UHGV virus genome: UHGV-1372970
Strand: one strand, 5' to 3'
DNA: 64,000 nt
From: a virus
This document shows, one piece after another, positions 48,402 to 56,800 of this stretch; position 1 is the stretch's first letter; every line of letters begins with the position of its first letter. The notes under the pieces are model-generated. The model was not told where the DNA came from and ran no database searches. It was given only the letters and a program-made list of their open reading frames with translations. The translations under genes were made by a program, and so were the position numbers.

Positions 48402-49046
48402 ATGTCACAGATTAAAAAAATCGACGTTCTGAATGCTGCAATCATTGTATCAAAAGAATTGAGCGCAAACGCTGAAGCAATGGCTATCAAGTTTAACGAG
48501 CGTCTGAACGCTGGCATGGATACCAAAAAGGACAAAGCGGATCTCCGTGCAGCACAGACCAAAAGCGCTTACTTTGACAATAACATCCTTTCAGCGATGA
48601 ATGATGACAAACAGTGTGGCGTTTTCTACTTCTCTATTAAGATTGCTAAGAAAGATCCAGAGTTGTTTTTCCGCGAAACATTAGCGAATAGCTATGCACT
48701 CGAAAAGCTGGCGTATCTCATGTCCTCAATGGCTTCTGGTAAATGTGTGTTTAATAGTTCGCTTTCTACTAACTCTCGCGTTTTTGCAATGGTCGAGATT
48801 ATCAAGAAAGATCCGACCACGTTTAGCAATGGGGAAGTATTTAAGTTAATGAATAAAGCTAAACAAGATAACGAGATGAAACCAGATGCGACATATACTC
48901 AAGCAAATCAGTTAATCAAATTGTTCCGTGATCTGGGGATCGTAGAAGCAATCAAAGATGGCGGAAAATCTGAATTTGGAATGGCAAAATTTAAATTTAT
49001 TAAAAATGATTTGTTTAATCATATAGCTACCAGCTTCAGCAAGTAA
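48402..49046 (+). CDS. Hypothetical protein, 214 aa (moron island)
   Basis: ORF track. Own AT-rich promoter region at 48100-48400. Strong SD AAAGGAAAAAATTATG. Confidence 0.45.
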   Translation: MSQIKKIDVLNAAIIVSKELSANAEAMAIKFNERLNAGMDTKKDKADLRAAQTKSAYFDNNILSAMNDDKQCGVFYFSIKIAKKDPELFFRETLANSYALEKLAYLMSSMASGKCVFNSSLSTNSRVFAMVEIIKKDPTTFSNGEVFKLMNKAKQDNEMKPDATYTQANQLIKLFRDLGIVEAIKDGGKSEFGMAKFKFIKNDLFNHIATSFSK

Positions 49047-49053
49047 CAAGACA

Positions 49054-49180
49054 AGCGCCCACTATGGGCGCTTTTTTGTTTCCGCTATAAAGCCACCAGC
49101 GCCCACTATGGGCGCTTTTTGCATTTCCAGTGATCCAGACATGCCAGACCAAAGAAAAGCGCCCATAGTGGCGCTATTTT
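49054..49180. terminator. Three tandem near-identical terminator hairpins (GCGCCCACTATGGGCGC + T-run): two direct copies and one inverted copy
   Basis: Copies at about 49054-49076, 49098-49120 and (inverted) 49155-49180. Lie between the convergent plus-strand moron island and the minus-strand early genes. Confidence 0.6.
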
Positions 49181-49643
49181 CGTTATACGTTAACCATTAT
49201 CAGACACGACACAAAACAGGATGCGTCAGAGCGATTCTAAGCGCTCTTTTAATCCATTGGCAAGCAATCATATTACCAACATTAAAAATCGCTTAGGATG
49301 CGTTACAGAGCGTTTTAAAGTTTGTTAAGGCGAAAAATTTTTTCCCGTCACTAGTGCCATATAATAGCGATCTGTCTGAAGTGGTTTTCTGGCTATCTAG
49401 TGGTAAAGCGCTCCAGTGGTAAAGATGGCTTGAGACATTATCTCCCCATCCCTAAAATCGACGCCTTCCGAATACCTGACATGTACTAAGCCGGGACACC
49501 GGAGCGCCCCCGACGGTTCTGTATATGCAAACCCAGCCGTATCCCGAAAAATTCACCTATATCGGCTTTTGACCGTTTCCCTTCGGTGAAGATGCAAACG
49601 CCGAAAGGGAGAAGACACAGCCCCCTCCCCTCTTCTTCTCGGT

Positions 49644-50132
49644 TTACTTTCCGGCAAGAATGATGATGTCGGACTTGAGCCGCGTTTTCCCCAGGACGCG
49701 CCCATTAAGGATGATTTTAAATTGGTCGTGACCTGCTTCGTAAATAACGTTGGTGTACCTTTCGCTGTTCTCCACTGCGCGGACAGCTGCGCTTACCTGA
49801 TAATCGCTATCCTGATGCGGTCTTGTCTCGGCCATCCAGCTTGCGATCTGGACAGCCATTTCAAAGCGGCGGCTCTCGCAGTCTCTGCCGTGTAATGGGA
49901 AGATGAAAGTACCGAACCCGGCTGACACGACGCGAGCGGCTTTAAAGGTTTGGGCATAACCATGTCCGTTTGCAAGATCCTGACGCAGAGACTCTCTTTC
50001 CCATTCCTGCAGTTGGCTTGTCACATCATCTTCGCCGTGCATTACGGTAATAAGTCGGTTGTGGATAGTATTGAACAGCGCGGTTGATTCCCCAAAACGA
50101 GTATTTACGGTCAGTAACTGGTTCATGTGCAT
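49644..50132 (-). CDS. Hypothetical protein, 162 aa
   Basis: ORF track. Confidence 0.45.
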   Translation of the reverse strand: MHMNQLLTVNTRFGESTALFNTIHNRLITVMHGEDDVTSQLQEWERESLRQDLANGHGYAQTFKAARVVSAGFGTFIFPLHGRDCESRRFEMAVQIASWMAETRPHQDSDYQVSAAVRAVENSERYTNVIYEAGHDQFKIILNGRVLGKTRLKSDIIILAGK

Positions 50133-50184
50133 TCCTTAATTTGTTGTTTTGTTTTGATGGAATGATTATCGCAGTAGTGCCAAG

Positions 50185-50207
50185 GCAGAAAACAAATTGT
50201 TTAAGGC
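50185..50207. promoter_or_regulatory. Early operator/promoter element GCAGAAAACAAATTGTTTAAGGC with -10 GATAAT about 11 nt downstream on the transcribed strand
   Basis: Identical 23-mer recurs at 52125-52147. Downstream (mRNA sense) ...CTGCC-N11-GCGATAAT... is the same in both copies. Confidence 0.55.
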
Positions 50208-50313
50208 CATTATAAAACAACAAAGGTGTTATGCGGCAGCCGAAGAATAGCCGGAGGGTGACTAAGTGGTGTTTATACCGTGCGGTAGCCGAAGGATGGT
50301 TGAAGGGTACCTG

Positions 50314-50544
50314 TTATCGCAATAGCCAGTTAAGGCGCTTATTGAACTCTAAAATTTGCCTGGTCGTTAACTTTTTGGCCAGCATCCATTCATCTATCTC
50401 TTTCTGAATGGCTCGCTGGGCGTCAATTCGCTCGTCACTGAGGGACGGAAAAGAGAAAACAGATAGTCTGAAGCGTCCGGCGATGTACTGACAAAATTCT
50501 TCTTGCTCAGGTCGTGCGATTGGAGATGCGTTGTGAAAAATCAT
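50314..50544 (-). CDS. Hypothetical small early protein, 76 aa
   Basis: ORF track. Confidence 0.4.
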   Translation of the reverse strand: MIFHNASPIARPEQEEFCQYIAGRFRLSVFSFPSLSDERIDAQRAIQKEIDEWMLAKKLTTRQILEFNKRLNWLLR

Positions 50545-50643
50545 CTTTGTTGCCGAAAATTAGTGATGAAGTCCGCAAATATTATAACTGTTTAAAAAAT
50601 GTAAAAGCCACCAATACTGGTGGCTCAATAAATAGCCTCTAGG

Positions 50644-51111
50644 TTAAGCGGCCGGCTCGGTGGCGGTTTCGGTGCCGTCGGCTTTCAGAACGTCTTCAGG
50701 TAACAGCTCGGTCAGCGCTTCGCCGGAATAAATCTTCATACCGTAGACACCCATCCAGGTGCTGCCGGCAGCAAGGTTCCCATCGATGAAGTCCAGGACC
50801 TCAGAAATCAGGCTTTCGGTCAGAGTAACGGTGTCTTTGCGGAAGAATGCTTCTGCGGCCACCAGCAGCGCGTCGCCGCCGTCGTTAATCATCTGCTGCC
50901 CTACGGTGTAGACTTTCTGCTTATTGGAACGCAGAACGGTACGAGACAGCTGGGTAGACAGTTGAGTCGCCCCGGATTCATCACGCAACTGAATAGTCAG
51001 CGTAGCGATGCGATCGGCAGTCATAGGGTCAGTGTTAGATGCATAGAACAGGTCGTATACCAGATCGGTACGTTTTAGGCTCATAATTACCTCCATGTAG
51101 TTGAGCGGCAC
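50644..51111 (-). CDS. Hypothetical early protein (true start probably at about 51084, MSLKRTDLVYDL..., preceded by GGAGGT)
   Basis: ORF track. Strong SD before the internal ATG. Late-type palindrome GTAAGTAAACACTTAC at about 51126-51142 upstream. Confidence 0.45.
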   Translation of the reverse strand: MPLNYMEVIMSLKRTDLVYDLFYASNTDPMTADRIATLTIQLRDESGATQLSTQLSRTVLRSNKQKVYTVGQQMINDGGDALLVAAEAFFRKDTVTLTESLISEVLDFIDGNLAAGSTWMGVYGMKIYSGEALTELLPEDVLKADGTETATEPAA

Positions 51112-51210
51112 TAATCATATACTGGTAAGTAAACACTTACAATACAGGCACAAAAAAGCCCCAAAAGGATGAAGGGGCTGTAGAAATTTTTGTGACTACT
51201 AAGCACATGA

Positions 51211-51630
51211 TTATGCGATAGCAGCAAGGGACTCTCTTGAAATCTCTTTCTGAGCCATTTTGTTTGCATACAAGATGGCTGTCTCAAGCTGCGAAATTGG
51301 AAAGATACGCTGCACCGCTGACCATCCAGACTTCAGACCACTGCGACGCACGCTAACGACTACGCGATGAGATGAACCACTATCAAAGCTGACCGAGCAC
51401 TCTTTAAATACGCGAATAGCAGTGCCATTTGCCAGGATGTCCAAAAGGGTCAAGCTCGACGTGTTTGTCTTGCGTGTTTCCTTGAACTCCGCGCGCTTGG
51501 CAATGTGATAAGCAGAGAATAAACGATCAGTGTTGTTCATGGCTTCAATCTCGTTCCGTGTTTCGTTGAGAAGAATATTAACAGTGCTGATGAGGGTGAA
51601 AACAACTTGTTTAAGGCGATAAGAAAACAA
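51211..51630 (-). CDS. Hypothetical early protein (true start probably at about 51540, MNNTDRLF...)
   Basis: The tracked N-terminal extension overlaps the conserved promoter/operator element (51596-51617). An internal Met is followed by in-frame protein. Confidence 0.4.
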   Translation of the reverse strand: MFSYRLKQVVFTLISTVNILLNETRNEIEAMNNTDRLFSAYHIAKRAEFKETRKTNTSSLTLLDILANGTAIRVFKECSVSFDSGSSHRVVVSVRRSGLKSGWSAVQRIFPISQLETAILYANKMAQKEISRESLAAIA

Positions 51631-51708
51631 TAAAGGCGACTGAGCGTAGTAATTCGCCGCAGGTCTGGTGGGCTGAAAAGATAACGGATTGCTCCGCTAT
51701 CTTTCTTA

Positions 51709-52071
51709 TTAGGCTGGGTCTAAATCCATGTAGAACGTCACGTCTTCCTCTTCGACCAGGCGAGCATCGTCTGGCAGTTTGTAAGCGAAATCACCAGATG
51801 CGCCATTGTCGTACTCTTCCGACATTCTCACGGCGTCCTTCGCTAGATAGTCAATGCTGGTGTCGAAGTCCACCAGGGCGAGCTTCTCTGTATTGAGTAC
51901 GTGGACAGTGCCAAAATCGCCAGCGCCATACGTGTTGACCATCGCCAGCACGTTGGAAAGATCTGGTGCCACGTAAAATTCGTTCTGCCCTTCTACTGGC
52001 TCAGCGATGATCGCAGTAAAAGAAGTTTTGGCAGCGTTGCGAGTGGTGAAGTAGTGAAATCGTGTTGTCAT
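51709..52071 (-). CDS. Hypothetical early protein, 120 aa (acidic)
   Basis: ORF track. Operator element at 52125-52147 upstream. Confidence 0.45.
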   Translation of the reverse strand: MTTRFHYFTTRNAAKTSFTAIIAEPVEGQNEFYVAPDLSNVLAMVNTYGAGDFGTVHVLNTEKLALVDFDTSIDYLAKDAVRMSEEYDNGASGDFAYKLPDDARLVEEEDVTFYMDLDPA

Positions 52072-52223
52072 TTTGTGTATTCCGTTGATTGTTCCGATGG
52101 ATGTATTATCGCATCGTGAATCAGGCAGAAAACAAATTGTTTAAGGCGTTAAGAAAACAAACAAGGCGAGAAAACTGCCGTAGGGAACTTTCACACAAAA
52201 GCCACCGTAGCTGGTGGCATGTC

Positions 52224-52592
52224 TTACCTGATAATCACAAAGTTGTGCCGGTGATTGCTTCCGCCGCAGTTGTCGCCGGTATAGCTCACCATCTCTTCGC
52301 CGGTCGTCATAATCATGATCTTCGCCTCAACAGATTTGTACCGGCCACAGAAGCGATCGAAGAAAGACAGGCTATTGGCCATATCAAGGCGAATGTCCGT
52401 TCGCAAGCGGCCGTTCTTTTTCAGCACTTCCCACCCAGCGTCACTATTCCACCAGCTACAGAGTTTACGGGCCATCTCCGTCTTCTTATCCGCCGTCAGA
52501 TTGCCGGTGTACGGAAACACGAACCGCAAATCGTTACAGGCGCCCATAACTGCCTTCGTTGGTTCCATAAGGGGCTTAATTTCCAGGCTCAT
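52224..52592 (-). CDS. Hypothetical early protein, 122 aa
   Basis: ORF track. Start overlaps the stop of 52592-52816 (ATGA coupling). Confidence 0.45.
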   Translation of the reverse strand: MSLEIKPLMEPTKAVMGACNDLRFVFPYTGNLTADKKTEMARKLCSWWNSDAGWEVLKKNGRLRTDIRLDMANSLSFFDRFCGRYKSVEAKIMIMTTGEEMVSYTGDNCGGSNHRHNFVIIR

Positions 52593-52816
52593 TAGTCCTC
52601 CGGGAACTCTTTCGCGATTGCGGCGGCAACTTTTATCTTCTCTTCGTCAGTAAACGTCTCCCAGGCTACTTTGGCCAGAGGCGCGTTTTCTCCATCAGTT
52701 TCCGGTGTGATGAATGACCACAATTTACGGTAAAGATCCTCACCCACGCCGTCGATGCACTCGGCGACCTCATCGACAGTCCAGTAATTCAATAAATCAG
52801 GCATTTGGACGCTCAT
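52592..52816 (-). CDS. Hypothetical small acidic protein, 74 aa
   Basis: ORF track. Confidence 0.4.
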   Translation of the reverse strand: MSVQMPDLLNYWTVDEVAECIDGVGEDLYRKLWSFITPETDGENAPLAKVAWETFTDEEKIKVAAAIAKEFPED

Positions 52817-52824
52817 ATCTCCCC

Positions 52825-53043
52825 CTATACAATCGACTCAGAAACAGAGCAGTTCCAGGCTAGTTCAAAACTCTCAGTCCCCACAGGCACCCCAAAGGCA
52901 CCGGAGCAGTGGCCTTTGGCCAACATATCTGACACCTTGGTAATAACTTCTGCCGAGCGAATCAAATTGCCTAGCGCCTCATCGTTGCGAAGGGTCATGC
53001 TATTGTCAGATAGCGTAATGCTGATATTTAAATGCTTGTACAT
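52825..53043 (-). CDS. Hypothetical small protein, 72 aa
   Basis: ORF track. Hairpin TGGTTATT-ATTGC-AATAACCA just upstream (about 53069-53089). Confidence 0.35.
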   Translation of the reverse strand: MYKHLNISITLSDNSMTLRNDEALGNLIRSAEVITKVSDMLAKGHCSGAFGVPVGTESFELAWNCSVSESIV

Positions 53044-53289
53044 GTGCTTTACTCAGTTGTTTTCTTATGTTGGTTATTATTGCAATAACCAGTAGGCGAA
53101 AAAGCACATTTAAAAGAGAAACGCGATAAAATGGCCGGACTTAACTCATTGACACCCGTCGTTTTCCTGACAGAATGAATATCGCTGGTGGTATGACCGT
53201 ATTTATACGAACCTATGCCTGGGTCGCCTCATGCCACCAGCCGCCCAACTCCCGCGACCGCTCGGTTGACCTTTCATCAAGCAGCCTCG

Positions 53290-53640
53290 TCTATACGGCA
53301 ACCTCCCCGTTTCCCGACCGCAGGCTGTATCTGGCCGTTCCCCGTTTTGCCGCGGCTAAAGGCGACCGACCCGTTTCCTGGCCGTAGGGAGTTTGTGCGG
53401 CGCCAACGTTTTTGTAGGGCTGGGAAATTACAGCTTGAATTTATGCGAAGACGGAAGCGCGACTTTTTTTCTGACCCTACTTACACAAACACCTAAACAC
53501 CCAAACCTCTTCCCTCTATAACGCCTTAATCCCAATACCCCAGAACTCTCTTAACGCTACCTTCCCAAAACGGTAAATGACCTTCCCAAACTGTCCCTTT
53601 CCTATTCCCAAACTGTTCTGGGTATCTTCCCAAATTTCTT
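53290..53640. repeat. Direct-repeat (iteron-like) region: three degenerate CCCGTTT(C/T)C... repeats, then four TTCCCAAA repeats phased at 20-22 bp
   Basis: TTCCCAAA at about 53563, 53583, 53605 and 53627. CCCCGTTTCCCGACCGCAGG, CCCCGTTTTGCCGCGG and CCCGTTTCCTGGCCGTAGGG at 53303-53390. Region is non-coding. Confidence 0.4.
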
Positions 53641-54543
53641 CTGACCTTCTCTATGGTGGATGTGTATCTGGGAGTGTTCTTCTCTACGGGATTTCCTTCT
53701 ATCGCTTCCTATGGTGTGGTTGTTCTTTCTTGGTGGTTTCCTCTGGGTTGTTCTCTTATCCGGGATTCGTTCTACCTTGTGTAATGGCATATAGGCGAAG
53801 AGATTGTTTCGTCGTTTTGTTCTGGGAGATGGCAGGTAACCGACTGCTTGTTTTCTTGTGCTCTTAAACAAGTTGTTATCTGGGTGAATGTGTCGTTAAG
53901 CCTTGTCCTGGCTGCTTTCCGCAATTCTGGGGATTTGAGGTTGCATTGCTATTGGGTGATGGCAGGTATGGGATTATCTCTTTATCGTTTCTCTCGTGTG
54001 CCTGGGGAACGCTGGATGTGTTTCCGTGACTGTTGGGGTTTGGCGGGTGCCCCAATGCCTGTGATAAGTCGAGTGGTGTTCTTGGGATTTTTGAGCCTCG
54101 CTTCCTTTGGTTGGTGGTATGCCGGTTCCGCTCTTTCAGTTATGATAGTGGGTTTTGCCTGAATGTATTGTTGGTGGTTCTTCCTCCCGATTTCGAGTTG
54201 ATTGGCTTATCCTCGTATACGCTCTGTAATGCTCTCTAAGCAAATCTGATTTGTGGTGATGTGTTGGTGTGGCGTTTCCTGTTTAATCGAAGCCTGGGCG
54301 TTCTGGTGTAGTGTCGAGCGGGTATAAGAGTGGTTATGCTCAAATGTCAAAAAATGAGGGTAAAAATGGGTTTTGGTTTGACGTTACGTTGATCTGCAAA
54401 CAAGTTGTTTTCTTATGGGTGTTATTGCTTTGTTTACAGCGGCGTTGCGGGTTGATGAGTGGTTGATTAGGTGGAAAAGTGATGATCAACCTCTCCTTAT
54501 AGAAACTGCGAGAGGTTGACTGGTTACGTCAGTGAAAGGTCAA

Positions 54544-54849
54544 TCACTCTTTTGTGTCTGGGTACAGCCTATTTAATTCCTCTCTGACGTTCCCGAAACA
54601 CTTCTGATCATTTGGTAGAGCTGCATCATCCACGTTAGGGTCAGGTTTGAATTTTTCCTTGTACGCTTTATAAGCCTCTTGAACTTTTTGAGAAACTACA
54701 GCACCAGGGGCATGGGCGCATACATTCGTTATCTGATCAGCGATTGAGCTTTCAGCCGCTGAAGCACTGAAGTTCGCCATAAATGCCAAAACAAGAATGC
54801 CTACTTTCTTCATTACTAACTCCATTAGTGTGATTCGAAGTGAGTGCAA
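54544..54849 (-). CDS. Small secreted protein (signal peptide; start probably MKKVGIL at about 54813)
   Basis: MKKVGILVLAFMANFSASAAES signal peptide, with GGAG SD before the internal ATG. Confidence 0.45.
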   Translation of the reverse strand: MHSLRITLMELVMKKVGILVLAFMANFSASAAESSIADQITNVCAHAPGAVVSQKVQEAYKAYKEKFKPDPNVDDAALPNDQKCFGNVREELNRLYPDTKE

Positions 54850-54864
54850 ATCGTCCCTTCAATG

Positions 54865-55332
54865 TTACTGCTTAACGATAGCAGAGGTGCAATCAAATAC
54901 TGAAACCTTGTTCTCTTTTATCATATGAACGAGGTACGTTTTAGAAAATTCACCTAATCCCTTGGAGAAAACCAGCCCACCTGAAGGCTCGCTAGTAATC
55001 ATCTTCTCACTGCGAAAAACAAGATCCCCACTGTAGAAATCTCCTGCGCTGCCTCGCACAATGAAACTACTTCCTTGGTCAACAATTGTGGCCTTATTTT
55101 GCATTACAGCACCATCGCCGAATTTAGCATTGCATCCAACATATGTAATGTGCTGGGTGTCTGACGGTCTTGTGCTACGACTTTCACTTGAACATCCCAT
55201 TACTGAAAAACAGCATATGGACAAAAACAAAAGCTTACTTCTCATCGCCAACCCCTTTGTTCTGCATTCACCAATCCCAAACTTGCAAGCCGTCAATCGT
55301 ATCTGCGTCGCAGTCGAAATGCACGACCTCAA
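54865..55332 (-). CDS. Lipoprotein (start probably MRSKLLF at about 55245)
   Basis: Lipobox ...CCFSVMGCSS. Roughly 126 aa mature-size protein. Confidence 0.45.
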   Translation of the reverse strand: MRSCISTATQIRLTACKFGIGECRTKGLAMRSKLLFLSICCFSVMGCSSESRSTRPSDTQHITYVGCNAKFGDGAVMQNKATIVDQGSSFIVRGSAGDFYSGDLVFRSEKMITSEPSGGLVFSKGLGEFSKTYLVHMIKENKVSVFDCTSAIVKQ

Positions 55333-55588
55333 AATCAGCGTTCAGGACTTTCTCGATGTTCTCGATCGCCGACCAGCTAATACCTTCCTCGCGCAAAGAC
55401 TCTTTCCATGCTTCAGCGTGAAGTCCGGCCCGGACAATCCAGCCATACTCTGTGCCGTGTACCCAATTCAGACCGCGATCTGTCAGTGGGTCAAAACTGA
55501 TTTGAGGCAGTATCTCGGAGTCCGCTTGAGTAACGTGGGCGGTGCTGATAACGGCGACTTTGTATGATTCAGTAATATTCAGGCTCAT
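55268..55588 (-). CDS. Hypothetical early protein, 106 aa (acidic, W-rich)
   Basis: ORF track. Confidence 0.4.
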   Translation of the reverse strand: MSLNITESYKVAVISTAHVTQADSEILPQISFDPLTDRGLNWVHGTEYGWIVRAGLHAEAWKESLREEGISWSAIENIEKVLNADFEVVHFDCDADTIDGLQVWDW

Positions 55589-55658
55589 GTGTTTTCTCTT
55601 TGTTGTTTTCTTAATGGTTTTATTATCTCAACTTGCTATAGGCAGAAAACAAGTTGTT

Positions 55659-55922
55659 TTAGGCTTTGTTAAACTCTTTCAACCACTCGGCGGCTGCTTC
55701 GTGAACCATGCGTCCTTTTGCGATGGTCAATTCTGCCTGGGCCACTGTGATGCCGTAATCCTCTGCGAACGCAGCGACGGAAAGGTAGTTGTTCATCCAG
55801 TCACGGTAAAGTTCAGCGAGGTTCTCTGAGGTTACTTTTTCTGGGTGGGTCAAGCTGACTGTCAGGTATGTGTTGGAAGGGGTCATGTTGGGTTCTCCTT
55901 TTCTGGTTGGCGTTATTATCAC
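55659..55922 (-). CDS. Hypothetical early protein, 87 aa
   Basis: ORF track. Operator elements on both sides (55642-55664 and 55935-55957). Confidence 0.4.
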   Translation of the reverse strand: MIITPTRKGEPNMTPSNTYLTVSLTHPEKVTSENLAELYRDWMNNYLSVAAFAEDYGITVAQAELTIAKGRMVHEAAAEWLKEFNKA

Positions 55923-55959
55923 AAACCAGAAAAGGTAGAAAACAAATTGTTTAAGGTGA

Positions 55960-56571
55960 TTACTTAATGCTGTCCTCGTAGTTTTTTGCGTCTCTGGTTA
56001 TTCCTGCCACTATCAACTTCTCAGGGCCGTTAGCGTAGATGCTCTTAGCCTTAACCAGCACATATACCTCATCTACATTGCCGTAAATTTCGTAATAGTC
56101 CATAGGGCAGTGGTTCTGTTCTAACCCTGCTTCTGGATTGTACGCTTTGCAGAAGCCTGGACTTGACTCGAAAGCGGCTTGATCTCTCACGCCAGCGCGA
56201 GTCGCCAGAGCTGGGCCATATTTACTTTTCAGCACATCCTGCACCTTCTTCATCTCATTCACACTCACATTGACGATGGAGTACGCAATTTTCCCGTCTA
56301 ATGTGCTAAAGATGACTAAATCTGCGTCTTTCTCTTCCTTGAGGACTTTGCCTACGTATTCTGATGGTGCGTATAGATACTGAGAAAAACGATCCTTGGC
56401 TTTGACTGGTTTGTCCGTTGCCTTCCCGTCCTGATCAACCATCGTATAACCTGCCATATCTACCTGAGATGGTGTTTTGTTGAGCACCATCTCATATGGT
56501 TTAACGGCAACATCATTACAACCTGAAGCCAGAAAAAGTATTGCAACGATGCCAATGTTTTTAATTTTCAT
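55960..56571 (-). CDS. Lipoprotein, 203 aa
   Basis: MKIKNIGIVAILFLASGCND signal peptide plus lipobox. Confidence 0.5.
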   Translation of the reverse strand: MKIKNIGIVAILFLASGCNDVAVKPYEMVLNKTPSQVDMAGYTMVDQDGKATDKPVKAKDRFSQYLYAPSEYVGKVLKEEKDADLVIFSTLDGKIAYSIVNVSVNEMKKVQDVLKSKYGPALATRAGVRDQAAFESSPGFCKAYNPEAGLEQNHCPMDYYEIYGNVDEVYVLVKAKSIYANGPEKLIVAGITRDAKNYEDSIK

Positions 56572-56612
56572 TTCAATCTCTGATTAGTGGATTTTTTACA
56601 AGCCGTTTCATT

Positions 56613-56792
56613 CTAAACAATACGAAAGTGAAGATCTTCAATCAGCAGGCCACCGTGCTTCATCATGGTTCGTTTGCCCATGTATTGCTCTCTCACGCTT
56701 TCCCAATCGGGCCAGTCGGTTCGCTCCGTTGACCATACGCCCCGATAGTCTGTGTGGATGGCGTTGTACTCCTTCAACGTTAACTCAATCAT
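56613..56792 (-). CDS. Possible small ORF (59 aa, MIELTLKEYNAIHTDYRGVWSTERTDW...), below the ORF-track length cutoff
   Basis: Hand translation of the reverse strand. It fills the otherwise empty gap between the lipoprotein and the MTase gene, 8 nt after the MTase stop. Confidence 0.25.
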   Translation of the reverse strand: MIELTLKEYNAIHTDYRGVWSTERTDWPDWESVREQYMGKRTMMKHGGLLIEDLHFRIV

Positions 56793-56800
56793 CTGCGCCT

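Noticed and set aside
49380-49520. Possible tRNA suggested by AGTGGTAAAG (D-loop-like) repeats
   Set aside because: No matching T-loop (GGTTCGAATCC-like), no acceptor stem complementarity, and no anticodon stem could be built by eye. Kept only as part of a speculative sRNA finding.
53577-54239. Plus-strand ORFs 53577-53867, 53848-54162 and 54033-54239, and minus-strand ORF 53602-53871, in the GT-rich segment
   Set aside because: Amino-acid composition (W/C/F/V/G-rich or K/R/H/Q/P-rich) simply mirrors the strand compositional skew. The plus-strand ORFs have no SD or promoter. The minus-strand ORF overlaps a copy of the leader/operator element at its own first codon. Treated as non-coding.
53600-54300. 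Chi-like (GCTGGTGG) sites in the GT-rich region
   Set aside because: Several TGGTGG hexamers occur but no exact 8-mer Chi was seen. Enrichment is probably a by-product of GT-rich composition.
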